NCBI GenBank assembly: GCA_024231905.1 | Contig: JAAEQC010000102.1 | Coordinates: forward strand, 80,033-144,032 | Reading direction: 5' to 3' | Source of the DNA: a bacterium | GTDB lineage: Bacteria > Krumholzibacteriota > Krumholzibacteriia > LZORAL124-64-63 | Length of the DNA stretch: 64,000 bases | In this document: piece by piece, positions 55,592 to 64,000 of the stretch | Position numbering within the stretch: position 1 is the stretch's first letter | How the letters are laid out: each line of letters starts with the position of its first letter | Translations under genes and position numbers: made by a program | Notes under the pieces: generated by a model | The model's input: only the letters and a program-made list of their open reading frames with translations | Databases searched by the model: none | What the model was told of the DNA's origin: nothing

Positions 55592-56500
55592 ATGCACTGG
55601 CGCGACGACATGGAATACCTGGCCTTTCGCGGAGCCCGCGCGGCCCTGTGTGCCTTGCCCTACGGAGGCGCCGAATGCGTTCTGCGTGAATTGGCGCGAT
55701 TGGTGGGCCCGGGGTTGGGCCTTCGCTCACGAGTCGTCGCCGACCAGCTGCGTTCAGTCTACGCCGACCTGTCCGACGCCCGGCGCGCCGCCATGCTGAG
55801 GGCTGTGTACGACCACTTGGGGCGCACGGTGGCGGAGATCCTCTGCGCGGAACCGGCGCGGCTGGCCGCCTCGGTCCGGGTCGATCCCGGCTGGGACGAA
55901 CTCGACCAGGCGGTGGCTCTCGGGCGCGGGGTTGTGGTGGCGTCGGCCCATCAGGGCAACTTCGAACTGGGTGGCCGCGTACTGGCCGCACGCTACGACG
56001 TACTGGACGTGGTCAAACCCCAGCGCAATCGGGCCTTCGACCGGGACCTGACGGACCTGCGCCAAGCCCACGGCATCGACACGGTGCCCATGGCCCGGGC
56101 GGGGCGTGCGGTGTTGGCCCACCTGCGGCGCGGCGGGGTGGTGACCTTCTTTATAGACCAGGATGCCGGGGCCCGGGGCCTGCGGCTGGATTTCCTGGGC
56201 CGTCCCGCTTCCACCTGGCCCGGGGCCGCCCGCTTCGCCCTGCGTGCCGGGGCGCCGGTGGTGCCGGCGGCCATGGCGCGGCGCCCGGGCGGACACGTCC
56301 TGCGTGTGGGGCGCGCACTGGCCACGCAATCGGGGCCGGCCGACCCGGCCGCCACCTTGAAACTCATGGGGCGGATCAACGCCGCCGTGGAAGAATTCGT
56401 ACGGGAGGATCCGGAACAGTGGTTCTGGGTCCACCGCCGCTGGAAGGGCGCCGCCGAGGCGCGCGCCGTCGCTTCATCCGGGAAGGACGAGGACACATGA
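55592..56500 (+). CDS. Lipid A biosynthesis acyltransferase-like (LpxL/HtrB family)
   Basis: SAHQGNFE, FIDQD, FLG, PEQWFWVHRRWK. Confidence 0.88.
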   Translation: MHWRDDMEYLAFRGARAALCALPYGGAECVLRELARLVGPGLGLRSRVVADQLRSVYADLSDARRAAMLRAVYDHLGRTVAEILCAEPARLAASVRVDPGWDELDQAVALGRGVVVASAHQGNFELGGRVLAARYDVLDVVKPQRNRAFDRDLTDLRQAHGIDTVPMARAGRAVLAHLRRGGVVTFFIDQDAGARGLRLDFLGRPASTWPGAARFALRAGAPVVPAAMARRPGGHVLRVGRALATQSGPADPAATLKLMGRINAAVEEFVREDPEQWFWVHRRWKGAAEARAVASSGKDEDT

Positions 56501-58443
56501 AGACGCTGCTGACGGTCCTGATGCTGGGGACGCTCCTTTCGCCCGCTACCCTGCTCGCGGAATCTCCCCGTTGGCCCGGAGGCACCGTCGAGGGCGAGGA
56601 ACCCGTCTGGCTCGCGCCGGGGTTGGTCAGCACCGGTGTCTCCACCCGGGACTGCGCCATGTCCCCGGATATGGACGAGCTGTGGTTCTGCATGGCGACG
56701 CCGCGCTACACCTACGCCGTCATTTGCGTCACCCGCCGCGTGGACGGCGCCTGGACCGAGCCGGCGGTGGCGGAGTTCTCCGGTGACCCGCGCTGGATGG
56801 ACATCGAACCGGCCATGTCGTCGGACGGGGCGCACCTGTACTTCATGTCCACGCGGCCGGACGTGGGGGACGACGAGCCCGGCGACGCGGACATCTGGGT
56901 CGTGGACCGCCAGGTGGACGGCTGGAGCGAGCCGCGCAATCTGGGCGCTCCGGTGAACACGGAATTCCGGGAGACCTTTCCGTCGCTGACCGCCGGCGGC
57001 ACCCTCTACTTCGGCCGTGCCGACAGCACGAATCGCGTGGACACCATCTGGCGCGCCCGACCCGCCGACGAAGGTTTCGCCGAGCCCGAGCGTCTGCCCG
57101 CCCAGGTGAATGCCGGCCGCACCCGCTTCAACGCCTGGGTCGCGCCGGACGAGAGCCGACTCATCTTGGCCACCGTGGGGCTGCCCGGAGGCCACGGCGG
57201 AGCCGATTACTTCCAGGTGGACCGCGGATCCGACGACACCTGGTCCGAACCGGCCAACCTGGGCGGTCTGCTAAACGCCGGCAAGGGCCGGGGCTGGTCG
57301 CCCTACGTGACGCCCGACGGCAAGAGCTTCGTCTTCATGACCGCGCGCCGCACCACTTCGGTGCCCTGGCCCGCCACCTGGAGCGCCCTGCAGGGAGCGC
57401 GCAGCGGCCCCGGGGCCGGGCAGCCAGGCATAGCTGTGGTCGGCGCGGCCGTGCTGGAGTCGCGATCTCCGGCCGTGGACCAACCGCAGATCCCCGCCAT
57501 ACCCGCGGCCTACGACGCTCCCGCCGGCGCCTGGGCCGGCACCCCGGAGCCAGGTGACGAACCGGAAATCTTCGCGCCCGGTTTCGTGAGTACGGGCATG
57601 CTCGAGCGGGACCTGGTAGTTCATCCCGGCGGTCGCGAACTGTGGTGGGGATTCATGGAGGGTGGCGAGGTGAGCGTCCTGTCGAGCCGCCTGGAGGACG
57701 GCCGCTGGACCGAGCCCGTGACCGTGCCATTCCACACGGACCGGGAGTTCGCCTGCTTCGAGCCGTGCCTTTCGGCCGACGGCCAGCGCGTGCTCTTCCT
57801 GTCCAATCAAGCCGCACCGGGCCAGGAACAGGGCCGCGGTTGGGCCAACCAGAACATCTTCGAGTGCCGGCGTACGGCCGACGGCTGGAGCGAACCTGCT
57901 GCCCTGCCCGCGCCGATCACCACCGCCGGCTTCGAGTACTTCCCGTCCCTGGCCACCGACGGCACCCTCTACTTCAGCCGTGAGGGCGAGGACGGCGTGG
58001 TCATCTGGTTCGCCGAACCCGTCGGCGACGGTTACGCCGAGCCGGTGCGTATGCCGGAGACGGTGAACGTCACCGCCAACGTCTACAATGCCACCGTGGC
58101 CCCGGACGAGAGCTGGCTCGTGTCCTGCGTGGCCGGCCACGATGGGAACCTGGGCGCCGCCGACTACTGGATCAGCTTCCGTGGTGAGGATGGCGCCTGG
58201 CTGCCGGCGGTGAACATGGGGCCCCGTTTCAACGGGGAGGATTTGCGGGCCAGCAGCGTGGCCCTCTCGCCCGACGGCGAGTTCTTCTTCTTCAGTTCGA
58301 GCCGCCGCACCGGCGGCGAGCCCTTCCCCTCGGGCCGGGTCACCCGCCAACGCCTCCTGGAGATGCACGACAGTCCGGGGGAGGGAAGTTCGGACCTCTG
58401 GTGGGTGCGGGCGCGGGTGCTGGAGGAGTTGCGGCCGGAGTGA
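56497..58443 (+). CDS. Secreted protein with two tandem PD40/TolB-like beta-propeller modules
   Basis: Signal peptide. Repeated (F/L)APG.VSTG…SPD/HPG…W(S/T)EP…FPSL..(G/D)GTLYF…VAPDES in both halves. Confidence 0.8.
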   Translation: MKTLLTVLMLGTLLSPATLLAESPRWPGGTVEGEEPVWLAPGLVSTGVSTRDCAMSPDMDELWFCMATPRYTYAVICVTRRVDGAWTEPAVAEFSGDPRWMDIEPAMSSDGAHLYFMSTRPDVGDDEPGDADIWVVDRQVDGWSEPRNLGAPVNTEFRETFPSLTAGGTLYFGRADSTNRVDTIWRARPADEGFAEPERLPAQVNAGRTRFNAWVAPDESRLILATVGLPGGHGGADYFQVDRGSDDTWSEPANLGGLLNAGKGRGWSPYVTPDGKSFVFMTARRTTSVPWPATWSALQGARSGPGAGQPGIAVVGAAVLESRSPAVDQPQIPAIPAAYDAPAGAWAGTPEPGDEPEIFAPGFVSTGMLERDLVVHPGGRELWWGFMEGGEVSVLSSRLEDGRWTEPVTVPFHTDREFACFEPCLSADGQRVLFLSNQAAPGQEQGRGWANQNIFECRRTADGWSEPAALPAPITTAGFEYFPSLATDGTLYFSREGEDGVVIWFAEPVGDGYAEPVRMPETVNVTANVYNATVAPDESWLVSCVAGHDGNLGAADYWISFRGEDGAWLPAVNMGPRFNGEDLRASSVALSPDGEFFFFSSSRRTGGEPFPSGRVTRQRLLEMHDSPGEGSSDLWWVRARVLEELRPE

Positions 58444-58461
58444 CCGACGACGGGACCGCCG

Positions 58462-60306
58462 CTAGCGCCGCCCGCCCCGCCGCGAGACTTTCGTCCAATC
58501 GATGGCGAAGACCGTCGTATGCTCACCGTCCAGCACCGGTGTCAGGTAGGGCCGTCGGCGCAAGGCGTCCCTCTGCAGCACCGGCGCCCGTTCGAAGGGC
58601 CAGTGGTCGGTGGCATGGAGGTGGGTTACGCCCAGGTCCCGCAGGGCGCGCACCCCGGGATTCCACCAGCCCCGGGCCAACCCTTTGACCGCCTCGCGGT
58701 GGTCGAAACCCTCGTCTTCGCCCAGGATCCAGTTGGCGCCCATGAGGAAGCGTCGTCCCGACAGGTGCATGGCCCAGCAGCTGCCGTTGTTGCGCCAGTT
58801 GGCCACCACCGCGTCCTCGGCCACGACCTCGGCCAGGTCCCGGGCCAGGCGGGCGTCGTCGTCCAGGAAGTAGACGTCACCCGCGGCGGCTGGTCCCTGG
58901 AGTCGCCAGACCGCGGGGGTGGCCAAGAGCGCGACGAGCAGGACCGCGACCAAGGGCGTCCGGCGGCCGGGCACCTGGGCCAGGCGCCAGGTCAGCGTCG
59001 CTACCAGGGGCGCCAGCAGCAAGGCCAGCGGTGGGAAGAAACGGGTGTGGACCTGGTACCAGGGCTGGCTGAGGACCATGCTCACCGGGTCCTGCCAGGC
59101 GCCCAGGGCCACGCTGAGCGCGCCCAGGAAGAGGGCGAAGCCAGCCACCGGTCGCGTGGCGCGGCCGAGTAATCCGGTCAGCAAAGCCACGACGACCACC
59201 ACTTCGAGTCCCCACCAGGCACCGACGCTGCGGGCCACCAGGCGCAGGCATTCGCCGAGCGGCAGCAGGTCGTCCGGATTGAGTCCGCGCTCACGGTACA
59301 CGCCGGCCGCGGGCACCAGGTCCCAGACCGTGACCAGCAGGAAGGCCGCCAGGGCGAGGCCCGCCGTTCGCCAACCGCGAGAGCCGGCGCGGCGGACACA
59401 GAGTGCGGCCAGGATCACCGCCATGACCGTCCAGCTGGCGTGGATGAGCAGCAGGCAGGCCAGGCCCAGTCCCGCTAGGATCGCCGCTCCGTTCCGACCG
59501 GATCGCAGGGCGCGGGCCAGGGCCAGCACCGGCAGGACCAAGGCGAACATGGCCACGAATTGGCCCAGTCCGCCGTGGCCCGGGATGGCAGCGGTGATGT
59601 CCCCGGCGCCGGGCACGAGGAAGGCCGCCAGCACCGCCGTGGGGGCGGCGAAGCCCAGGCGGCGCCACACCAACGCCAACGACGCCGGCAGCAGGGCCGC
59701 GGCCAGGGAGGGCAGGAGCCAGGTGGCGGTCCAGGCCGGCAGCCGGCTCCACCAGGCGACCAGCGCCGAGGCCGCGTGCCAGCCCGTGAAATAGGGGCGG
59801 GACGGTTGGCCCCAGGGCGGGGCGAAAATGGCGTCCGGCGACGTGTGTCCGGTCTCCAGGATGCGCCAGGTCATGAAGGCGTGGTTGCCCGCGTCGTGCC
59901 GCGAGGCGGGTACCGGCAGGTCCGCCTGCAGGGCGACCAGGACCGCCGCCGTCAGCAGGCAGGCGGCCAGCACGGCCAACCATTGGCCCGGGGCCAGGTC
60001 GCCGTCCTCGCCCAGGAGATCGGCCGCCGTGGCGCGGTAGGCCGGCCAGCGGCCGAGACCGAAACCGGCGGCGGCCGCCAGGGCGAACCAGGGCCAGGGC
60101 AGGAGCGGCAGACCCAGGTGACCGCCCAGGAGCCCGGCGCCGGCCACGGCCAGGAAGCCCGCCGCCATGGAGAGCACCAACCGCGCCGGCAACGAGGCGC
60201 GAACGTGGCGGCCGAGGAGCCACCAGCCCGGCAGTCCCAGGACGAGGGCCGCACCCGACAGGGTCTGCACCCAGACGATGGGGTCGGTCAACGGGTGGGC
60301 GCTCAT
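58462..60306 (-). CDS. Multi-pass membrane protein, GT-C-like (DUF6541-like)
   Basis: About 12 TM helices, HDAGNH loop, Y-x-x-GWH. Start at MSAHPLTD with RBS GAGGAG. Confidence 0.6.
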   Translation of the reverse strand: MSAHPLTDPIVWVQTLSGAALVLGLPGWWLLGRHVRASLPARLVLSMAAGFLAVAGAGLLGGHLGLPLLPWPWFALAAAAGFGLGRWPAYRATAADLLGEDGDLAPGQWLAVLAACLLTAAVLVALQADLPVPASRHDAGNHAFMTWRILETGHTSPDAIFAPPWGQPSRPYFTGWHAASALVAWWSRLPAWTATWLLPSLAAALLPASLALVWRRLGFAAPTAVLAAFLVPGAGDITAAIPGHGGLGQFVAMFALVLPVLALARALRSGRNGAAILAGLGLACLLLIHASWTVMAVILAALCVRRAGSRGWRTAGLALAAFLLVTVWDLVPAAGVYRERGLNPDDLLPLGECLRLVARSVGAWWGLEVVVVVALLTGLLGRATRPVAGFALFLGALSVALGAWQDPVSMVLSQPWYQVHTRFFPPLALLLAPLVATLTWRLAQVPGRRTPLVAVLLVALLATPAVWRLQGPAAAGDVYFLDDDARLARDLAEVVAEDAVVANWRNNGSCWAMHLSGRRFLMGANWILGEDEGFDHREAVKGLARGWWNPGVRALRDLGVTHLHATDHWPFERAPVLQRDALRRRPYLTPVLDGEHTTVFAIDWTKVSRRGGRR

Positions 60307-60462
60307 GGTGCTCCTCGAGGAGGTGAAAGAGGATCGAGAGTCGAGGATAGCCCCGGCCGCTGCGGTCCTCAACTGCGTTTTCGTTTGACGGTGCCCCGCC
60401 CGGACCGGATCATGATCCGGCGTCGGGACGGGCCCGGCGCACCGCAACCGGGGAACGACGCC

Positions 60463-62112
60463 GTGCGCCATCGCTTCATCATGACCGGGACTGTGCTGCT
60501 GTGCGCGCTCCCTCCCTTGGCGGAACTGGTGGCCAGGGGCTGGACCGTAGCCCTGCGCTACTTCGCCGGCGACGCCTATCTCTACCTCACCGTGGGCCGC
60601 AACCTGGCGGCCACCGGCCGCTTCACCATGGACCAGGTCCACGCCACCAGCGGCTTCCACCCTCTGTGGCAGCTCGTCATGGGCCTGCTCCACCTGGTGG
60701 CAAATCCACTCGGCCTGGGCAAGCCCGCGGTCATCGTCCTGGACTTTCTGCTCTGCCTCGCCCTGGTCGCTGCGGGACTGGGGCTGGTGCTGCTGGCCCA
60801 CCGGCGGGCCGAGGGACGCTTGCCGGTCCTGGTGCTCCTGTTGCCGGTGGGCGTCATGGGACTGGTCCTGGCGGACTACGATTCGGCCTTCGGGCCACGG
60901 GGAGCCCTGTGGGGCTACGTCAACGGCATGGAGAGCGGCTTGACCTTGCTGGGCTACGGTCTGCTGGCCGCGGTGATGGTGCGAACCGGCGCCGGATCCA
61001 CACGCCGCGGCGCCCTGGGCATCGGCCTGGTCCTGGCCTTCCTGCTGGTCGCCCGCCTGGACAACGCCTTCCTGGTGGCCGCCTACGCCGGCGTGCTCGG
61101 CCTGCGGGCTCTGCTGCGCCGGGACACGCCGGCCATCCGTCTGCTGGCTTGGCAAGGGGTGCCGGTGGTCCTGGTCCTGCTGCTCTACTTCGCCGGCAAC
61201 CTGGCCACCACGGGCCTGCTCATGCCCGTGAGTTTCCTGGCCAAGTCCGGCGTCTCCCTGGCGGACAAGGCGGCCGAGGTTCGCCGGGCCCTGGACGAGA
61301 ACGTCCTCATGTTCCAGTGGCGGTACCTGCAACTGGTGGTGCCCCTGGCCGGCGCTCTGGTGGCGCTCGTCCTGCTGCGGCGCACCTGGCGTGAAAAGCA
61401 GCCGCGCCCCCTGAATCTGGTCTTCCTGGTGACGGCCGTCGCCACCGTAGCCACCGGTCTGTACCACCTGCTGCACGTACCCACCCTGGCCCAGGGCCAC
61501 TGGTATTTTCCGGTGCCGGCCCTCTTTTTGACTTGGTTCCTGGTGGACCGGCTCGATCACCGGCGGCTGCGGCCGGTGCTGGACGGCTGGCCGGCGGCGG
61601 CCGCAGTGACGGTCCTCACAGGGTGGATCTTCGTGACCGTCTACGTGGGTTCGGCGGCCTGGGGCCCGGGCATCTACGAGCGTCTGCTGACCAGCGAGGC
61701 GGACAGCCTGCGCGCCCACTATGGGGACACGCCGCCCCGGATCCTGTCCTACGAGGACGGTATCCTGGCCTACGCCACCGGCTGGCCGGTCATGACCGGC
61801 CGCGGCTACCTGCTGGACCGGGAAGCGGTGGCGGTGTTCCGGGACGACGAACGCTCCCTCTTCAAGCTGGCCCTGGACCGGGGCTTCGACCGGGTGACGG
61901 TCTCGCCCTTCCACAACAAGAGACCGCGTTTCACGCAGCGCTCCCGCTCGCGGCAACTGGCCAGCGTCCTGTCCGCGCGGCTGCGCCTGAGCGCCACCGA
62001 GGCCCGCGGCATCGGCTTCGCCGTGGACTACATCTCCGCCGACGGCCAGTTCGTGATCCTGAAGATGGCCCCGGCCCGTCGCAGGGCCCAGGGCGGACCG
62101 AGGGGCAAGTAG
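60463..62112 (+). CDS. Multi-pass membrane GT-C-type glycosyltransferase-like protein
   Basis: First loop GDAYLYLTVGRNLA…FTMD…TSGFHPLW, NGMES, ARLD, many TM helices. Start uncertain (60412, 60463 or 60481). Confidence 0.65.
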   Translation: MRHRFIMTGTVLLCALPPLAELVARGWTVALRYFAGDAYLYLTVGRNLAATGRFTMDQVHATSGFHPLWQLVMGLLHLVANPLGLGKPAVIVLDFLLCLALVAAGLGLVLLAHRRAEGRLPVLVLLLPVGVMGLVLADYDSAFGPRGALWGYVNGMESGLTLLGYGLLAAVMVRTGAGSTRRGALGIGLVLAFLLVARLDNAFLVAAYAGVLGLRALLRRDTPAIRLLAWQGVPVVLVLLLYFAGNLATTGLLMPVSFLAKSGVSLADKAAEVRRALDENVLMFQWRYLQLVVPLAGALVALVLLRRTWREKQPRPLNLVFLVTAVATVATGLYHLLHVPTLAQGHWYFPVPALFLTWFLVDRLDHRRLRPVLDGWPAAAAVTVLTGWIFVTVYVGSAAWGPGIYERLLTSEADSLRAHYGDTPPRILSYEDGILAYATGWPVMTGRGYLLDREAVAVFRDDERSLFKLALDRGFDRVTVSPFHNKRPRFTQRSRSRQLASVLSARLRLSATEARGIGFAVDYISADGQFVILKMAPARRRAQGGPRGK

Positions 62113-63882
62113 ATGGCCGGACTGCACGCCCTCGACTGGACCATCATCGCCGTCTACGTGGTGGTGACCGTGGCCCTGGGCCTGGCCTTCCGCAAGCGGG
62201 CTTCGCGCTCGGGCGCGGACTACTTCCTGGCGGGCCGCTCCCTGCCCTGGTGGGTCCTGGGCACGAGCATGGTGGCCACGACCTTCGCCGCCGACACGCC
62301 CCTGGCCGTCACCGGTTTCATCCGTAACCACGGCATCTGGTACAACTGGTTCGGCTGGCACTACGTGGCGAGCCAGATGCTGGCGGTCTTCCTCTTCTCA
62401 CGCTTCTGGCGGCGGGCCGAGGTCGTGACCGACAACGAGCTTATCGAGCTGCGCTACAGCGGCAAACCCGCGGCCTTCCTGCGGGGCTTCAAGGCCAGCT
62501 ACTTCGCCGTCCTCTATAATTTCATCGTGCTCGGCTGGGTGCTCAAGGGCATGGGCACCGTGGCCGAGTCGGTGCTGGGCGTGGATCCGGAGACGGCGGT
62601 GATCGTCGGCGCGGCCCTGGCCCTGAGCTACGCCCTGCTGGCCGGATTCTGGGGCGTGGTGATCACCGACGTGATCCAGTTCGTGCTGGCCATGGCGGGC
62701 TCCATCACCGTGGCGGTGCTGGCGGTGCGCCACGTGGGTGGGGTGGAGGAGTTGAAGGCGCGACTCCTGGACTCGCCTTTGGCCGACGCCAACACGCTCG
62801 CTTTCATCCCCGGCGGCGGACTGGGTTGGGACAGCGATCTCTTCAAATTCGTGGTCTTCGTCTCACTCATGTGGTGGGCCAGCCATAACGCCGACGGCGG
62901 CGGCTATCTCATCCAGCGCATGGCCGCCGCCCGGGACGAGCGTCACGCCCGCGCCGCGACCCTCTGGTTCGTGGTGGCCAACAACGCCGTGCGCTACTGG
63001 CCCTGGATCCTCACGGGTCTGGCTTCCCTGGTCATTTTCCCGACCCTGGCCGAGGGGCAGAACGAGGAGGCGGCCTACCCGCTGGTCATGCTCGAGGTCC
63101 TGGGACCGGGGCTGCTCGGCCTGCTGCTGGTGAGCTTCTTCGCCGCCTTCATGTCCACCATCGACACCCATCTGAACTGGGGCGCGAGCTACCTGGTGAA
63201 CGACGTCTACCGCCGCTTCCTGCGACCGGACGCCTCGGAGAAGGAGACGGTGGTGGCGGCCAAGATCGCCGTGGCGGCCATGATGGCCTGCGCGGTGGTG
63301 GTGGCCTTCAGTCTCACGAGCATCGGCCGGGCCTGGCTCTTCGTGTGGGCCATGGGAGCGGGCATCGGGCCGGTGCTGATCCTGCGCTGGTTCTGGTGGC
63401 GCATCAACGCCTGGAGTGAGATCGCGGCCCTGGCCACGTCGGTGCTGCTGGCGGTGGGTTTCGAGGTGGTAGCGGCGGTGCAGTCCGGCGCCGGGTACGA
63501 ACTCTTCGCCACGCCGATCCGGGTGGGGGGCATGGCCCTGGAGACCCACCACAAAGCTCTCATCCTGGTGCCGGTGACCATGGTCGTCTGGTTCGCCGTC
63601 ACGCTGATGACGCGTCCGGTGGACCGGGACCGGTTGGCGGACTTCCACCGCCGCGTGCGACCCGGCGGCGCCTGGGGGCCGGTGGCCGCGGCCGCACCGG
63701 ACGTGCGCAGCGACGGCCTGGGGTGGGACGTCCTGCTGGCCTGGTTCGGGGGCTGTGCGGGTGTCTTCGGACTCATCTTCGGCCTGGGCAAACTGCTGCT
63801 GGGGGAGCCGGTGGCGGGGACGGTCCTGCTGGCGGTGGCCATGGCCGGAGGGGCGCTCGTGGTGCGGGAGCTTCGGCGTTAG
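62113..63882 (+). CDS. Sodium:solute symporter family protein
   Basis: YFLAGRSLPWW…SMVATTFAADTP, TD..Q, QRM.AARDE, AAFMSTIDT, W-R-N. Confidence 0.92.
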   Translation: MAGLHALDWTIIAVYVVVTVALGLAFRKRASRSGADYFLAGRSLPWWVLGTSMVATTFAADTPLAVTGFIRNHGIWYNWFGWHYVASQMLAVFLFSRFWRRAEVVTDNELIELRYSGKPAAFLRGFKASYFAVLYNFIVLGWVLKGMGTVAESVLGVDPETAVIVGAALALSYALLAGFWGVVITDVIQFVLAMAGSITVAVLAVRHVGGVEELKARLLDSPLADANTLAFIPGGGLGWDSDLFKFVVFVSLMWWASHNADGGGYLIQRMAAARDERHARAATLWFVVANNAVRYWPWILTGLASLVIFPTLAEGQNEEAAYPLVMLEVLGPGLLGLLLVSFFAAFMSTIDTHLNWGASYLVNDVYRRFLRPDASEKETVVAAKIAVAAMMACAVVVAFSLTSIGRAWLFVWAMGAGIGPVLILRWFWWRINAWSEIAALATSVLLAVGFEVVAAVQSGAGYELFATPIRVGGMALETHHKALILVPVTMVVWFAVTLMTRPVDRDRLADFHRRVRPGGAWGPVAAAAPDVRSDGLGWDVLLAWFGGCAGVFGLIFGLGKLLLGEPVAGTVLLAVAMAGGALVVRELRR

Positions 63883-64000
63883 CTGGTACCTATGATATTG
63901 TCAGTCAACGATATGTGCGGCCTGCCTCAAGTTGAACCAGAAGACTGACCCCTCGCCTTCGGTGGAGTCGACCTCCAGGGAGCCGTCGTGTTCGGCCACG

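Noticed and set aside
829..62361. Many long antisense or alternative-frame ORFs (e.g. 829-2781, 4568-6694, 22107-24071, 24145-26514, 33581-35707, 46295-49000, and the 5' part of 58462-62361)
   Set aside because: They overlap well-supported genes and have no motifs. They are expected shadows of high-GC codon bias.
63988..64000. Possible start of the next gene (GGGAG RBS then GTG TTC GGC CAC)
   Set aside because: Only four codons lie inside the window, so it cannot be supported.
1..64000. CRISPR array, rRNA/tRNA genes, IS elements, prophage or known anti-phage defence operons
   Set aside because: I saw no regularly spaced repeats, RNA gene consensus, transposase/integrase or defence-domain motifs by eye. 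Short or highly divergent elements could have been missed.

Overview
High-GC bacterial chromosomal window that is gene-dense and almost entirely coding. I saw no rRNA, tRNA, CRISPR array or intact transposase/integrase. A secreted C25 protease with a C-terminal FlgD-Ig/T9SS-like sorting domain, several beta-barrel OMPs and an LpxL-family acyltransferase point to a diderm organism, probably of the FCB group (Krumholzibacteriota/Latescibacterota-like; inference only). Contents: (1) a NuoEFG/HydCBA-like flavin/FeS module with no catalytic subunit in the window, followed by TauE; (2) GTP-type PEPCK and a PAS hybrid kinase; (3) SRAP and dinB flanked by an HD-GYP operon and an HDOD gene, both with sigma28-like promoters; (4) an S9 peptidase whose 3' end carries a 155-bp integration scar with the original C-terminus displaced downstream; (5) an AsnB-ACP-AMP-ligase cassette; (6) a Lys-gingipain-like protease; (7) a divergent LeuC-LeuD fusion coupled to a crotonase lacking the usual catalytic Glu residues; (8) a split proline/sarcosine dehydrogenase complex divergent from glnA; (9) a rearranged pgaDCAB-like PNAG operon; (10) alaS and an iodotyrosine-deiodinase-like nitroreductase; (11) an octaheme epsilon-HAO-like cytochrome with a NapC/NirT-family partner; (12) two divergent GT-C-like membrane proteins and a Na+/solute symporter. 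All calls come from motif recognition by eye; no database search was run.
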